Of a stretch of 64,000 bases of DNA, positions 36,819 to 49,359 are shown piece by piece. The notes beneath the pieces were generated by a model. The model ran no database searches and was not told the DNA's origin. It saw only the letters and a list, made by a program, of their open reading frames with translations. How positions within the stretch are numbered: position 1 is the stretch's first letter; the number at the start of each line of letters is the position of its first letter. Position numbers and translations under genes: made by a program. This DNA comes from Macrostomum lignano (taxonomy: Eukaryota): NCBI GenBank assembly GCA_002269645.1, contig NIVC01001780.1:1-64000 (forward strand). Direction: 5' to 3'.

Positions 36819-37827
36819 GAGGAATATTCAAAGTGAGGAGGAGAGGGGTAATTAACGAGTAGGGGTAGGGGTAGGAGTTGAGGAGGATCGAGAGGGGGGT
36901 AGAGGTGATCGGAGGACAGGAGGTTGGGTTAAGAGGAGTCCTGTCATGATCATAAACTGCACAATTTCACCTCAAAATAATCATATTTTGAAATAGATGA
37001 GGGTATATAGGGGTAGAGTTAACCTAAACTGTGGGGGTCTCTGTGTACAATCTGTATACAAGACTTTATACAATCTTGGAGTTTATAACTATACAACAAA
37101 AACCATACAATCTTTGGGTCTTGCACCTAAAAGAGTCGACTACATGTATAAGGTCAGGGACGGTAGAGTGAGGAGAGAGGAGTGTAGGCGTTTTGTGACG
37201 TATAAAGTGGCGGTCTCGAGAATAAACGGCGAAGGCAAATAAATACGGCAGAGGCAAATTTGTAGCGGTAGCACTTGGCAGTAATGGCGGCTAATGCGAG
37301 CAATGGCCGCAGACTTCGTTTAGTGTAACGTATGTTATTGTCAACAGAGACAGGTCAAAGTACTAGTTAGGTTCGTAACGATGCACTGGTGGCTACACAA
37401 CAATGAGTTAGATAGTAGAAGGTCGATGAGTTGAGGCAGTGGCGACGAGATGATGGCGGTGAACGTACGGTGGCGGTGCTCGTAGTGAGAGCTCGAACAG
37501 ACAGTAGGAGTGGCGTGACTGAGAGTGGCAGAGGCGTGGTCTAGAACCGTGGCGGAGTGAGGCAGGAAGAGAAGGCAAGAACAAGAGTGCCGGGGCGGCA
37601 AGGATCTACAGGCGGGGACGCAAAACCCGATTAACCCCGAGCGCACGGCCAGACAGGACTGATAAAGAGCGGGCTGGGGGGGTGGGCGCGCGAGGAGAAC
37701 TTAGTATAATTAACCCGCAACCCCACCAGCAGCAAAAGGAAGGCAAAGGCGGGTTGGCAGCGAGCACAAAGCAGCGACGACGTGGGGAAGGCAACCCCAA
37801 CCCCGAAAAAAGAAGAAGCGGGTGAAG

Positions 37828-38499
37828 TTAGTGATAATTAATAGAAGCAGCAATCTGCTGGACGGCGGAGCGCCTGCGGGCAAAAGCTGCATCGTCCGAG
37901 AAATAGCGGAAGACGGAGTCGGAGCGCCAGTCACCAAGGCAGCGGATGTCGGCCACGGAGAGGCCACCCTGGAAGGCGGCGCTGGCTCCGCCCCTGCGCA
38001 GACTGTGGCCAGAGAAGTTTTCCTCAGCAGGGATGCCGCAGATCGACAGGCCCCGCTTGAGCAGGCGGATGAAGTTTGAGGCAGCCAACGGGACTCTGCG
38101 GGCGCCCAGGACAGCGAAGAGAGGCTGGTGCGGCTCGACAACTTGGTTCTCACGCAGATGAGTGGCGAGGGCAGAGACCGGGCAGATCGGTGGGCAGTCG
38201 GTGCATTGCGGAAGGAACATCAGCAGCTGACGCTCCTTGAACTGGTTCGTCTTGGACTTGCCGATGGTCATGCGGAGGCCATCAGGGCAGGTCGACAGCG
38301 CACCGTGGCGCAAAGCAGCGCCAGCGGTAGACGGAAGAAGCTCGCCTAGACGAAGGACGCCCCACCAGGCAACCAGCAGCGCAGCCTTGAAGGCCACGAA
38401 GAGGCACCGGGGCAGCAATTGCTGAAGCAGAGGGCTGTTGCAGAGCAGGCGGAGATGATGCGGCTGCAGTGGCTCTGCCCTGCGTGGCTGTCTGCTTAG
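37828..38499 (-). CDS. Tyrosine recombinase catalytic domain (N-terminally truncated)
   Basis: WWGVLRLGELL...KSKTNQF...CPVSAL...FSGHSLRRGGASAAF...LGDWRSDSVFRY contains the R, K, HxxR, W and Y catalytic residues. The frame is closed by TGA just before DLLSRQPRRAEPL. Confidence 0.92.
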   Translation of the reverse strand, partial: LSRQPRRAEPLQPHHLRLLCNSPLLQQLLPRCLFVAFKAALLVAWWGVLRLGELLPSTAGAALRHGALSTCPDGLRMTIGKSKTNQFKERQLLMFLPQCTDCPPICPVSALATHLRENQVVEPHQPLFAVLGARRVPLAASNFIRLLKRGLSICGIPAEENFSGHSLRRGGASAAFQGGLSVADIRCLGDWRSDSVFRYFSDDAAFARRRSAVQQIAASINYH

Positions 38500-39428
38500 T
38501 AGATCTCACGGGAGAGGCAGTCCTTTAGCAAATCTCTGGTGCTGGCGGCCTTGTCCATGGGCAGCGACAGTGTTCCGTCATTTGTGTCGATTTGAACGCC
38601 GAGAAAGACCATCCGCTGCGTTGGGGCCGTGGACTTGCTCCAGTTGATGGTGAAGCCCAGGTCTTGCAGGAGGTGCACCAGGTAGACGTAAGCGCATTCA
38701 GAGGCTTCCTGTGAGTCGCCGGCAACTACCCAGTCGTCCAGGTAGTTGACCGTAGCTTGGAAGCCTTGCCTAAGCATGTGGCGATGAATGGCGGCTGAGA
38801 GACGGTGAAAGATCTCGCAAGAAGCCCGGGCACCGAATGGCAGCCGGGTGTCGATGAACACCGAGGATTCGGTGTCAGCTGTGCAACGCCAGCTGATGCC
38901 TGTCAACGCCTGATCGTCCGGGTGGATGCCGACAGAGCGGTAGGCCTGCTTCAGATCGCCCTTGCCGATAAACGAGTCGGGCCGGATGTGACGCAGCAGA
39001 TCCTGCACGGAGGAGAATCTCAGACTCCGCTCCTGCTGATAGCTGTCATTGACCGAAGAGCCGGAAGGACTGGACAGATCGTGAATTATCCGAACGCTGC
39101 CGTCAGACTTAGGGATGGCGCCGATAGCATTCACCATGACGCGTCCGCTAGCGGGTTTTAAGCGGCCAAGGCGGAGCTCTTCGGAGAGTTGCTTGTCAAC
39201 CTGCTCGGCATGGTCAGTAGCAGAACGGTAGTTGGAAGAATGCGTGGAGGCAGGCGGAAGCTTGTTGATGAGGCGGAAGCCGTTATAAAGGCCTTTTCGG
39301 AGGAATCTCTCGTCTGGGTCGTTGCGTAGCAGAAGATTCCAAGAAGCCAAGTTCATGTCAGAAGACAGCACCCGATGCGGCGGGGGAGGTGGGTCGGGTT
39401 GGCGGGCAGGGTGAGGGGATGCAAGCAA
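38496..39428 (-). CDS. Reverse transcriptase of a DIRS/Ngaro element, truncated before RNase H
   Basis: RIIHDLS, KGDLKQAYRSV, LPFGARAS, VNYLDDWVV, GFTINWSKS, FLGVQID and LPMDK motifs. Confidence 0.92.
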   Translation of the reverse strand: MLASPHPARQPDPPPPPHRVLSSDMNLASWNLLLRNDPDERFLRKGLYNGFRLINKLPPASTHSSNYRSATDHAEQVDKQLSEELRLGRLKPASGRVMVNAIGAIPKSDGSVRIIHDLSSPSGSSVNDSYQQERSLRFSSVQDLLRHIRPDSFIGKGDLKQAYRSVGIHPDDQALTGISWRCTADTESSVFIDTRLPFGARASCEIFHRLSAAIHRHMLRQGFQATVNYLDDWVVAGDSQEASECAYVYLVHLLQDLGFTINWSKSTAPTQRMVFLGVQIDTNDGTLSLPMDKAASTRDLLKDCLSREIY

Positions 39429-39476
39429 TGGGATGGGGGCGGGTGGGGGATAAAAGCATGGTGGCTATAAAATAAA

Positions 39477-40446
39477 TCTAGTTTTTTGACCCCTCCGCCG
39501 CATCGCTGCTCTGACGATGCAGTTGGGCGGGATGCGGCTTGCCGCAGCCAGGCAGCTTGCAGACGTGCCGTTACCTGCAGCTGGACCGTTGACAGCCAGC
39601 TGTTGAGTTGAAGCTCAGGCAAACGGGCGCCTGCGGCTGCGAGATACCTTCAGATTGCGTAGAGCGTTCAGGTGTCGATGGTACAGCTGCGAGGGTTCGC
39701 ACCCCCACTGATGCAAGTCTGACTCGGCCATCAGCTTCCTGTAGTCTTCATCGAACTCCCACACAACGTTTGGGCTGTAGTTGGCGTCCAGGAGTTCGCC
39801 GATCTTCTGGGAGTACAGCAGGTAGCCTCTCAGCTCGCTGGTGTTCACAGACCCGTCGTCATTCAGCTAGATGAGCGAGCTGTCGTCAATCAGGCGCTGT
39901 AGGATTTGAGCATTGTCAGAGATCCATTGGCCGGTGGAAATCTTGCTTAGGTTTGGCGGCTGCTTGATTGGCGTTGGCTTGACAAAGTCTCGGATCAGGT
40001 AGGCCCGGCTGCGCTTTCTGGCTGACTGACCGCTCTCTACACCTGCGCAAGATAAAAAGGCCTCATGCACACCAGCAGGAAAGAGAAGGCAGCAGTCTGA
40101 GAGACCTTGAGAGAAGGCAGCAGTCTGATTCCCGTTGAGCTCCCGCTGCAGTTGAGCACGGCGCCGCGTCAGCGCCTTGATTTCCAGCTCTTCGACCTCC
40201 TTCCGCAGAGCCGCCAGGTCGCCAGCCGCGCCCTCCGTCGCCTCTTGCCCGCCTGTTGACTGGTCGTCGATGATTCCTGCATCAAAAGTCGAGCCGGAGC
40301 TGTCAGAGTCGGCTGCAGGAGCTTCAGACTGCAAGTGGCGGCATAGCCGTTCGTAGAGCTGTTGTTTGCAGCCTGTTTTTGGGAGACCGCGCTTGGCCAG
40401 CTCTGCTCTGAGCTGTCTAGCTGTTAGTGCACGTGCACTTTCCATG
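39477..40446 (-). pseudogene. Gag/ORF1 with an N-terminal SAP-like domain and a C-terminal zinc finger; disrupted
   Basis: LTARQLRAELAKRGLPKTGCKQQLYERL (SAP-like). In-frame TAG at 39867-39869, then YSQKIGELL...VVWEFDEDYRK...W. A frameshifted CLSFNSTAGCQRSSCR*RHVCKLPGCGKPH...SKN* follows. Confidence 0.8.
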
Positions 40447-41716
40447 GTTGTTGACAAATAAAAAAATTGCAAATAAAAAATCTGAGCAATTGCACACAGA
40501 CGGTCAAGCCAGAAAATACTGGGTTTAAGAACCCCCGGCACGCGGCGGAGGGGGGCAGAAGAGAGGTGGGCAAAGGGGGTGGGGTGGGGTTAACACACTG
40601 TACACTGAGGCCCACGGAGCAGGCCTAGTGTAAAGTAGACATTTAATGCGCGAGGCTTTTCTATTGGCCGGCTGGGAAAAAAAGAAAACCGAAATTATCG
40701 ATCGCGCACTGAACGCAGGCTTTAGAAATGTACGCAGATGATTAAAATTCTTTGGACACTACTTTAAGAAAACGTGAGAGTACAAAACCAACAACATTAT
40801 AGATTGGTACCGTATGTCAAAACGGCCCTTGGCGGGCCGGCTACTTAAAAACTGCAGACGTCACCGTTTAGCGATGAGCGTCTAGCCATATTGGTCAACC
40901 GCTCACGTACTTTCTTCCAATCTTTTTTTCAAGGACCACTAGGAACACTTCGTTATAAAAGTCTAGTCTAGTAGTCCTTGTCTTTTTTGCAGCAGAGCGC
41001 CCAGCTCTACTCGCCGCAATAGCGGCACGATTTTACTAGGGCCGCCGCCATCCCGTGATCCCCCATCATATGAAGTTGTTTTCCCATTTCGCTCGTACTA
41101 ATTGTAGATGCAAGCCGTTGTTCGAGCCAAAAATCTCGACATGCCAGTGTAAAGACCGTATGTAGCAAATACCAATTAAAACTAAAAACGCACGAACATG
41201 ATGTATACGTTCAAAAAGCTTTAAAACATATTTTTAATAAAAATATAATGAAAGATAGAGTTATTATGAAAGTTGCACTTACGCTACACAGTTTTCATGG
41301 ATATCAAACTCTTATTGCTGTTAGCTTTTTTGTTTAAGTCTTTTAACTTCTTAGCAAAATAGATTTGATTTAAATGTCTCTTTTTACTTATGGCTGGCCA
41401 GCGGACCTGTGCGCGCCGGGAGCTTAATGCTTGCTTAATGCTTTGCTTGCTTGCTGACGTTATAATAAACTTATAAAGGAAGCTATTATAAAAGTGACAA
41501 CTCAGGCCTAGGCTAATAGAGTTAAAAAGCTTTCTGATTCGCTTATTTAGTCTTTGCTATTTTATTCACGGTCAACATTCAAACATTGTCATTGCTAAGA
41601 GTAAGACTAAGGCTGAGTCTACTTTTTTTCTGTTTAGGCTTAATTAATATAGTTTTTAGCTTAACAGAAAAGCCTTTTAATAACCTTCGTTCTGTTAATG
41701 AGAAACATCCTTTAAA

Positions 41717-44700
41717 ATGGTCGAAAATTCAGTTCTGCATGAAGAAGTGACTAGTAAGTACATAGCGATAGCCCAGCCATTGACCATCAATAACATTAAG
41801 TTATTTGACTTTTAAATAAAATGTGTTTTGTAATAGGTCTGCTCATTCAGACTTCAGAGTCATTCCATGCCATGCCAACTATGTGCATTCTAACATTAAG
41901 AAACTTCCAGGTAAAAAATGCTTATTATACCTAGGGTTGGGCACCAGTCTATTAATAAGCATTAATCAATTAATAAGTGCTAATAAGTGTTGAGATTTTT
42001 CATTATGTTAATGGACTGCCATTATGGACTGCCGTTAAGATTTTTTGAACTAGCAGATTAACAAATTTGCATTGACAAATTTATCGTTAACATTAGGCCT
42101 AACAACAATGTCAAAAGTCAAGACCAACAACGAAAAGAAAGAACAAAAATAAGTCTAACAAGAAGCTATAACATTATTATGAATGTATTCAAATTTACCT
42201 AAATGCCTAGGCCCTAATTAATCTCTTTGTTTATAATAAGGGTGCTGACCAGTTTGGTGACAAACAAATTTGGCAATAGAGATTCACAATGCCCTATTGC
42301 AGCGCATGGCTTAAGTATGCCAGACGCCTACACAACCTGCGCCACGCTGTGAAATGACTTACCTGTGAAAGAAACCCTAAAGCAAAATTAACGCTTTGGG
42401 TAATAAGTTTTGGGTAAACGGCAGGAGTAACTATGACTGTCTTATCAAGCCTAAATGCCTTGGAATCCAATTAGTACCGCGCCGCGCCGTACTAATCGCC
42501 ACACGCCGTACACGCCGCGCCGCGCCGTATTAGATCCGCGCCGGACGCCGTCCGCCAAAATGCCCATGCGCTGCAATCAGGTCACAATGGACTAATTCGG
42601 TGAAAGCAAATTCGGCAACAATTAATGAAGGAAAAATAATTGCATATGATCTGAATAATTCCTTTTGTAGAATGGTATTCTATAATGCAGATTAGTTTTC
42701 CTTTTTTAACTGAGTTTGTTTTATCTATCATTTATTCTTAGTGAATTTTAAGTCCTTTCCAAGAAATGTTCTAATTTCAGCCTGAGTGGCCTCATAAGCA
42801 AAAACCTATTGGACTTGGAAAAAATGAGAAAAATGATTTCTCGTATGCCTAATAAGGTCTTTCCATTGTTACAATGTCAGGAAGGACTTCAGCCTTTTAA
42901 CTGCCCCCCCCCCTCATTTGATGTGAGCCATTTCAGGCACCAAATTTATTCTAATTTAAACCCCCTTTTCTATGGCTATCTATCTGTTTTATTACTCCGC
43001 AATTAGTCACCTACCCTACCTCCGTGTGTGCTTGCCAAAGAGTGCAAGCAGGGTGGTGACTGGTGCCTTGTTCCAAAGTGTGAATCTCCTTTATTCATCG
43101 CTTGGACGGCCTCTTGAGTATATAAGGCTCAAATATACCAGATTTATTTGTGTGAATGCAACGCTGGCAGCCTGATTGCAGCGCATGGGCATTTTGGCGG
43201 ACGGCGTCCGGCGCGGATCTAATACGGCGCGGCGCGGCGTGTATGGCGCGCGGCAATTAGTACGGTGCGGCACGGTACTAATTAGATGCCGAGGCATTTA
43301 GGCTTGATAAGACAGTCATAGTTACTCCTGCCGTTTACCCAAAACTGCGTTAATTTTGCTTTAGGGTTTCTTTCACAGCGTGGCGCAGGTTGTGTAGGCG
43401 TCTGGCGTACTTGAGCCATGCGCTGCAATAGGGGCTGGCAGGAATTCAAATGTGGAATCTACCCCACCTCATTTCTTGAGTGTCATCAACCAACCGATTT
43501 CAAGTCAAACCCCAAGTTTTATTTTCTTTCTCTACCCCCATCTCATTTGCTTTAACTTGTCTTTTATTAGGCTAGCTATAAAAAGACATGTCACTAAATT
43601 TGCCTAGATTGTTGCCCAATTTGCTTTCACCAAATTAGTCCATTGTGAATCTCTGTCGCCAAATTTGTTTGTCGCCAAATTTGTGTGCATCCTATAATTA
43701 TAATCATGCAGGTGTACTGGTATAGCAACTTTGGCAATTCTTCAGTTTACAATCACTGTCTATTTTGCCAGTTTCAGTTTACCATCACCTATTTTTCCAG
43801 TTTAGGTTTATGATCACCTTATATTTTGCTTATTGCAGTGCAAAAATGGCATGTTCAAAACTAAGACATAAATGAAAATGAAAAGAATGCAAAAGTCGGC
43901 TGATCAACTAACTTTGTTTATTTGAAATTGAAAAGATTTGTATATAGGTCACTATTAGCTTATATATAGCACTTTTGGTTTATGATCATCCAAAGCTGGC
44001 TATAGTAAAGCATGTCAAGCCTAGCTTAGGACTAGTATAATTAATCTTTTTGTGAAATTTTGTGTTTTGTGTTTTTGTGTTTTTTTGTGTTTTGTTTTGT
44101 GTAAATTGTGAACTTTTTTGCTTGTGCGTGAGTATTGATTGCTTTGATTTACTTCTTTGCCAATCTTTTGTAACTTTCTGCTGCATCTGCTAATGCTATT
44201 GAAAGTTTTTACTATTATTATTTGTTATTTTTAGCTAATAAATTGCTTGGATGACCTCTGTGCTTTGCTAAAAAAGATGGAAAAACAAAAGCAATGCATT
44301 ATAAAGTCTGTTTTGGAAAAAAGTGCAAGATTTTGATATTTACTTTGTAAACTTTAACAGATTAATGCTTATCAACAATTATCAGTTAATTATCAACTAA
44401 CAAAACTATGAGTTAAGAGTTAAGATTTTTTGTTTTAATGCTAACATTTTTGCCATTAATGGAAGTTAAGATTCTAATTAATGGTGCCTAACACTAATTA
44501 TACCTAATAGTGGCAATGCTGGTTTGGAATCTTGGATAATATCACTGAGTAAAATGACAGATCACCTTACAACTTGTAAAATAATTAAGGTAAATAGAAT
44601 TTTTCAAAATGACAAACTGTTTCTTGCAACTCAAGATTTCAAGCATTCATGGAACAAATGATTCTAGCAATTTTAAAAATTAACACCCTATTTATCATAT

Positions 44701-47700
44701 CAGTTTTGGTCTTTGGGATAATAATCAATATAAGAATTTCATATAAAAATTATTTTGTTTCAAAAGCACAAGCTCTATTTCTTTCAAAAAATAAAGTTAG
44801 ATTGAGCTTTAAACTGAATTCCAGTTGTTTTGCCCTTAAACAATTTTGGCCATTTGACATTTTGCTCCTTGACCATTTAGCCCATAGTCCATTTTGCCTA
44901 TAACACAGTTTGGCTATAGGCATTTCAGCAATAACGCTAATGGTAATCATGTAATTTAGAGATACAACTATATTATATATATGTATCTTTAATTTTTCCT
45001 TTTTCAATATTAATTTTTTGTATTTACTAGTGCATAATGCCCCATAGGGGGCATTAAAATTTATAGTTCAAACATTGAAAGCATGAAAATTGTTTTTAAT
45101 ATTTGACTTACTAACTATTGGTAGAAATTTTATATGCCAATTTGCCAAATGAATTTGAATCAATTGGGCCCATTAGCTATTGCCCCTATCTAAAACTGTG
45201 CCACTCAGTGTTATATTCATAAAATAGGACAAACAAGATCAAAGCAGTTTAGGGAGTTGATAAATTTTAGGCCAGCTTTTTAACCTCCTCCCTATGCACC
45301 CACTCTTTTATCAACAATAATAAAATTCAACCAACCCCACAAATTGCAAGCCTGCTATGTGAAAGGTCATAAAACTCCTTTAGCCTAATTGTGATAAATG
45401 TACATCTTACACTGTACATTGGCCAAGGAGAGGCCTGAATGGTTGAACTAAGCAATTAAATTTAGAAATGGAATGCTTTTTGAAAGCATTAAGAATCATT
45501 TTTCAAATATTTAATCCACTTCCCATTCAATTTTTTCAATAAAAAAGTTATGCATAATCCCTAAAAAACTTGTCTTTTTTATAGCAAATTTGAAAAAAAA
45601 TTGGCCAAATAATTGTCAAAAAATAAACAACAAACAGATAGACAGAAAGGCAAATAGTGCAAAATTAATTTATTATTAATTTATTATTATTATTAATTTA
45701 TTAATATCTAATTGCAATATAGATATAGTATATTTAGATATGTATTAATTGTTTCTATAATACAAGTTAATTATGAAATTGTGTCTTGTGACTTATGGTT
45801 TTAAATTATTATGAGCTTATTCCAAGAAAGTAATTCCTTTCAAAAGTGCATAAGCCATTTTAATCAGAGTTAATACTAAGATCTGTCAACTTTCTGCAAG
45901 TTTGGACATTCATTGCCACCTTTGCCAAATTGGTCCAGTTGGCTTAGAGGCAAAATAGTCCATGGCCAATATGGTCTAGGGGCAAAATGACTAGTTAACC
46001 TTAAACCACTTACATATAATGTCTCAAATATAATGGCTCCACTGCATGGGGCCTTGGCTTCAATTTTGTGTAAATATAAAAATCTGTAGATTATAAATAG
46101 TGTTTCTACTATAAGGGAGGTCCATGTGCTATAGCTGTAGCCATAAGCAAAACTACCACTTATTCTAATTCTTTGTATTCTATAGCCATAGGGATTCCAA
46201 TATTACCATATTCCCATAGCTGTAGTCATAGTTTTGACAAAAATTCTCAATAATAAAGTTCTTTGAATCAGGAAAATATAAACCAAATAACTAACTGCAA
46301 GGGTTGTTTAAAAGACTGCAAAGAAAAAAAATTGCTAAAAAAATAAGCAAACTAGCTAAGTATCTACTGGCCATCTATTGTAGGCATGTCTGTAGTTGCC
46401 ATATGCATTTATTTTACCATATTTGCTATAATATCCCATAGCCATAGCCAGGTAGAATAATAATCATAAGGTAGAGTATGCCTAGGATAGTATGCACCCA
46501 TTTCAATTTTAGAAGACAATCATTTAGATATTATTCATACTATTAATATTTGTATTGTTATTAGCAAATGATCATGAACCAAAAAATTAACAATTGTACT
46601 TAATAGTTTTGACAAAAATAGTTATAGCATATAGCATAAACAAACTTATTTAATAGGAATAGTTTCAGTGCACACAGTGCAAGCAAACTTTTTATAGGAT
46701 AATTTAGTTGCTTTCATATATAGTCATTTTGTCTGACTTGACTGCCTTTTATCTGCTAGTTAAAAAATGACTTAATTATTGTATAATTTTGTTTATTGCA
46801 AAATTTCACCAAAGCATAATTAGAGTTCTATTATTATAGTTATAAATATAGCTATGGAAAGTTTTGGAAACAGAGGTTTTTTAGCAAAGCATATGGATAT
46901 GGTTATGGGAACACATAGTTCTTATATCTAGATCCTGTATCTAATAATACCAATTAACTAAAACTTAAACAACCATTGGAACTATTGACTTGATTGGGGT
47001 AGGTTAGTGGAAATAAATGAATGCTGCTAGTTTAAAAGTTGGAAGAACATTTGAGTCCCTAGAATTTTCAATGCCTTGTTCACATTGTGGTTGCATGGTA
47101 GGAGCTAAAGTTTATATGAATCAACCTAGCATTTGCCACTATCAAAGGCTAGATTGCAAAGGAGTCTTCTTGGAAACCAATTGATGAGTTAGGCCATCAC
47201 CCTCACAGAATATTTTGCATAGTAGTAATTGGAAATTTTGTTAATTGAGTTACTTGAACAATATATGAAAATATTTCAGGAGAGAGATGAGAGGTAGAAA
47301 AGAGAGAGTCAAAGAAGGGGAAAATAAAAGATGATCTTGTCATTCGCCCTTGGCCTGCAGCTTGAGCAATATTTATTGTTCAAGCTATTGTTCAAGCTAG
47401 ATATTTGCATAGCAGAAGGCATCTGACCAGATAACATGGCTAGTCAGTTGAAGTTGTTGCCTGCATAGCAGGTCAGGCCACATCAGGCGCACCCTTGTGT
47501 AAAGCACAGCTAATAAAGTATATTGAGTCTTATTAACCATTATAAGGTGCATAAAATTCTTCTAAAAACTGTAAGCAAACAAGTTGCTATTTACCATAAT
47601 TAAAAACATTTACATTAGTAAGTATATGTTTGTACGTATATTAAACCCTTTTGAAGTTGTATACTTTAGAGAAATAATATGGAAACCTTTATATATTTAT

Positions 47701-49137
47701 CCTTAGAAATACTTATAATTGTTTAATATTCAATAGTTAAATGGCAAAGAATGCAACCAACTAACACACAACACAAAAATTTAGAGCTGCTTGCTGGCGC
47801 AGACCTGAACGATCTCACAGTGAAGAAGGTGCGCAAAGAGCTTGAGCAGCGACTCGGAGTCAGCCTAGCAGATAGGAAGACTGATATTGAACAGGCAATC
47901 GAGGCTGTACTGACAGCCCGCGGCAACAGTGCTAGCAACCAAGATGAAGCTAAAAGCAGCAATAGCGGCAATGAAGATAAACATGATGATGATGATGACA
48001 CAGACTCCAGCTTATCTGAACTAGAAGACGCTGCTCCATCAAGGAAATCGGCAAAATTGTCTTCAGCTTCATCCGCTGCAGCAGCTTCGTCTTCTGCTTC
48101 TGCAAAAAAGAAGCAGAAAGCTCAGACAGACGAAGAATTGGCCAGGGAGTTGCACCTGAAAGAGAATGGCTTAACAACCCGTCGGCGTAGGACTGTCGGC
48201 TCAAGCGGTGATTCTTCCGCTACTAAAAGCAGAAAAGCGCCAAGAAAATCTGGCGGCGGATTCTCCAAGCCGTGCGCGTTGAGTCCCGCATTGGCCAGCG
48301 TTGTTGGCTGCGACTCCATGCCCAGACAGCAGGTGGGTGCAAGCATTGTGGCAGCCACATTTAGAGACTGGTGTTTTGGCGAGGCATTCCAAATTAGCAC
48401 TCTAAAAGGCACTCTCTATTGTTGTCACTGTATGGGCATTCCACTTTGTTACTTAAATGCATGTCTAAATTTTATTATAAAGTCTCTAAACTTTATAGTG
48501 ACTCTACTTTGACAAACCTTTCACTCCAAAGGTCACAAACCTGTCACTCTAAAAGTCACGAATCTGTCACTCTAAACGTCGAAAACCTGTCACTCGGAAA
48601 AGTCACAAACCTGTCAGTCTAAGTCGCAAACCTGCCACTCTTAAAGTCACAAACCTGTCACTGTAAAAGTCTCAAACCTGTCACTCCAAATGCCATAAAC
48701 CTGTCACTAAAAGTCACAGACCTGTCACTCTAAATTTCACAGACCTGGCACTAAAAGTCACAGACCTGCCACTCTAAAAGTCACAGACCTGTCACTCTAA
48801 AAGTCATGGACCTGTCACTTGAAAAGTCACAAATCTGTCACTCTAAAAGTCACGGATCTGTCAGTCCTAAAGTCACATTGCTTTTTACTTTGTAAGCACT
48901 CTTACAAGCCCAATGAGAGTCACTCCACTTGTCACTATGAGACACAATCAATTCTCCTTCATCACGCAGGTGGTGAAGCGCCTGTGGGACATCGCCAAAG
49001 AGCGCGACATGTTCGACCCGAAGAACAAGCAGTTTGTGATTTGCGACGCAGAGTTTGAGCAACTGTTCGGGAAAAAGCGACTTCGGATGTTCGCTCTGAT
49101 GAAGTATCTGAAGAATCACGTTAAAAATGTGGACTAA
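41717..49137 (+). CDS. DEK-C + SWIB/MDM2 domain protein (UAF30/Spp27-like), 250 aa; exons 41717-41753, 47785-48332, 48970-49137
   Basis: MVENSVLHEEVTKLLAGADLNDLTVKKVRKELEQRLGVSL (DEK-C), TDEELARELH, and GGFSKPCALSPALASVVG...RQQVVKRLWDIAKERDMFDPKNKQFVICD...LF (SWIB). Junctions are phase-consistent; exon 1 is inferred from fit. Confidence 0.87.
42292..42581. mobile_element. MITE copy 1: TIR CCCT/CCTG-ATTGCAGCGCATGG, 8-bp TSD TCACAATG
   Basis: TSD at 42284-42291 and 42582-42589; 14-bp perfect inverted core at both ends; internal 28S-like segment at 42412-42475. Confidence 0.9.
43171..43433. mobile_element. MITE copy 2 (opposite orientation), 8-bp TSD GCTGGCAG
   Basis: TSD at 43163-43170 and 43434-43441; same TIRs; internal 28S-like segment at 43277-43340. 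Confidence 0.9.
48530..48870. repeat. ~21-bp repeat (CTAAAAGTCACAGACCTGTCA) in SWIB-gene intron 2
   Basis: Imperfect tandem copies. Confidence 0.85.
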
Positions 49138-49359
49138 CTGGACACCGAGAAGGGCAGTTTTCCTGTTTTTTAATTTACATAATCTGTATTTGTAAGTGGT
49201 TCATTCAGCATTCAGCTTATTATTTTTGGAGATTCAAGATACAGTAGGAACAAGCTGTCTTCAACTCAACGCATTGGCCTCACAGTTTATTGAATCGTCT
49301 TTCTATCAAGTAATTCGCTCATTTCAGCTTATCTCACTAAAGAAGAGGTCATAAATCCC

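Larger units (their letters stand above)
37828..40446 (-). mobile_element. Defective DIRS/Ngaro-type tyrosine-recombinase retrotransposon (gag-RT-YR)
   Basis: Gene order gag, RT (YLDD), YR. Gag has stops and a frameshift; RNase H and the YR N-terminus are missing. Terminal repeats were not identified. Confidence 0.9.
42240..43695. mobile_element. Older host element with ~100-bp imperfect inverted termini, containing both MITEs
   Basis: 42255-42291 plus 42590-42625 is the reverse complement of ~43610-43685. Confidence 0.6.

Noticed and set aside
34176-37800. ORFs flanking the DIRS element and possible Ngaro split terminal repeats
   Set aside because: No identifiable domain, and no clear repeat shared between the 40500-40700 and 37560-37800 regions.
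44815-45995. Possible degenerate inverted termini (44820-44900 vs 45940-45995)
   Set aside because: Similarity is short and imperfect and no TSD was found.
47751-47784. ATG at 47751 as the start of the SWIB gene
   Set aside because: The AG acceptor at 47783-47784 plus exon 41717-41753 gives a better DEK-C N-terminus in the correct phase.
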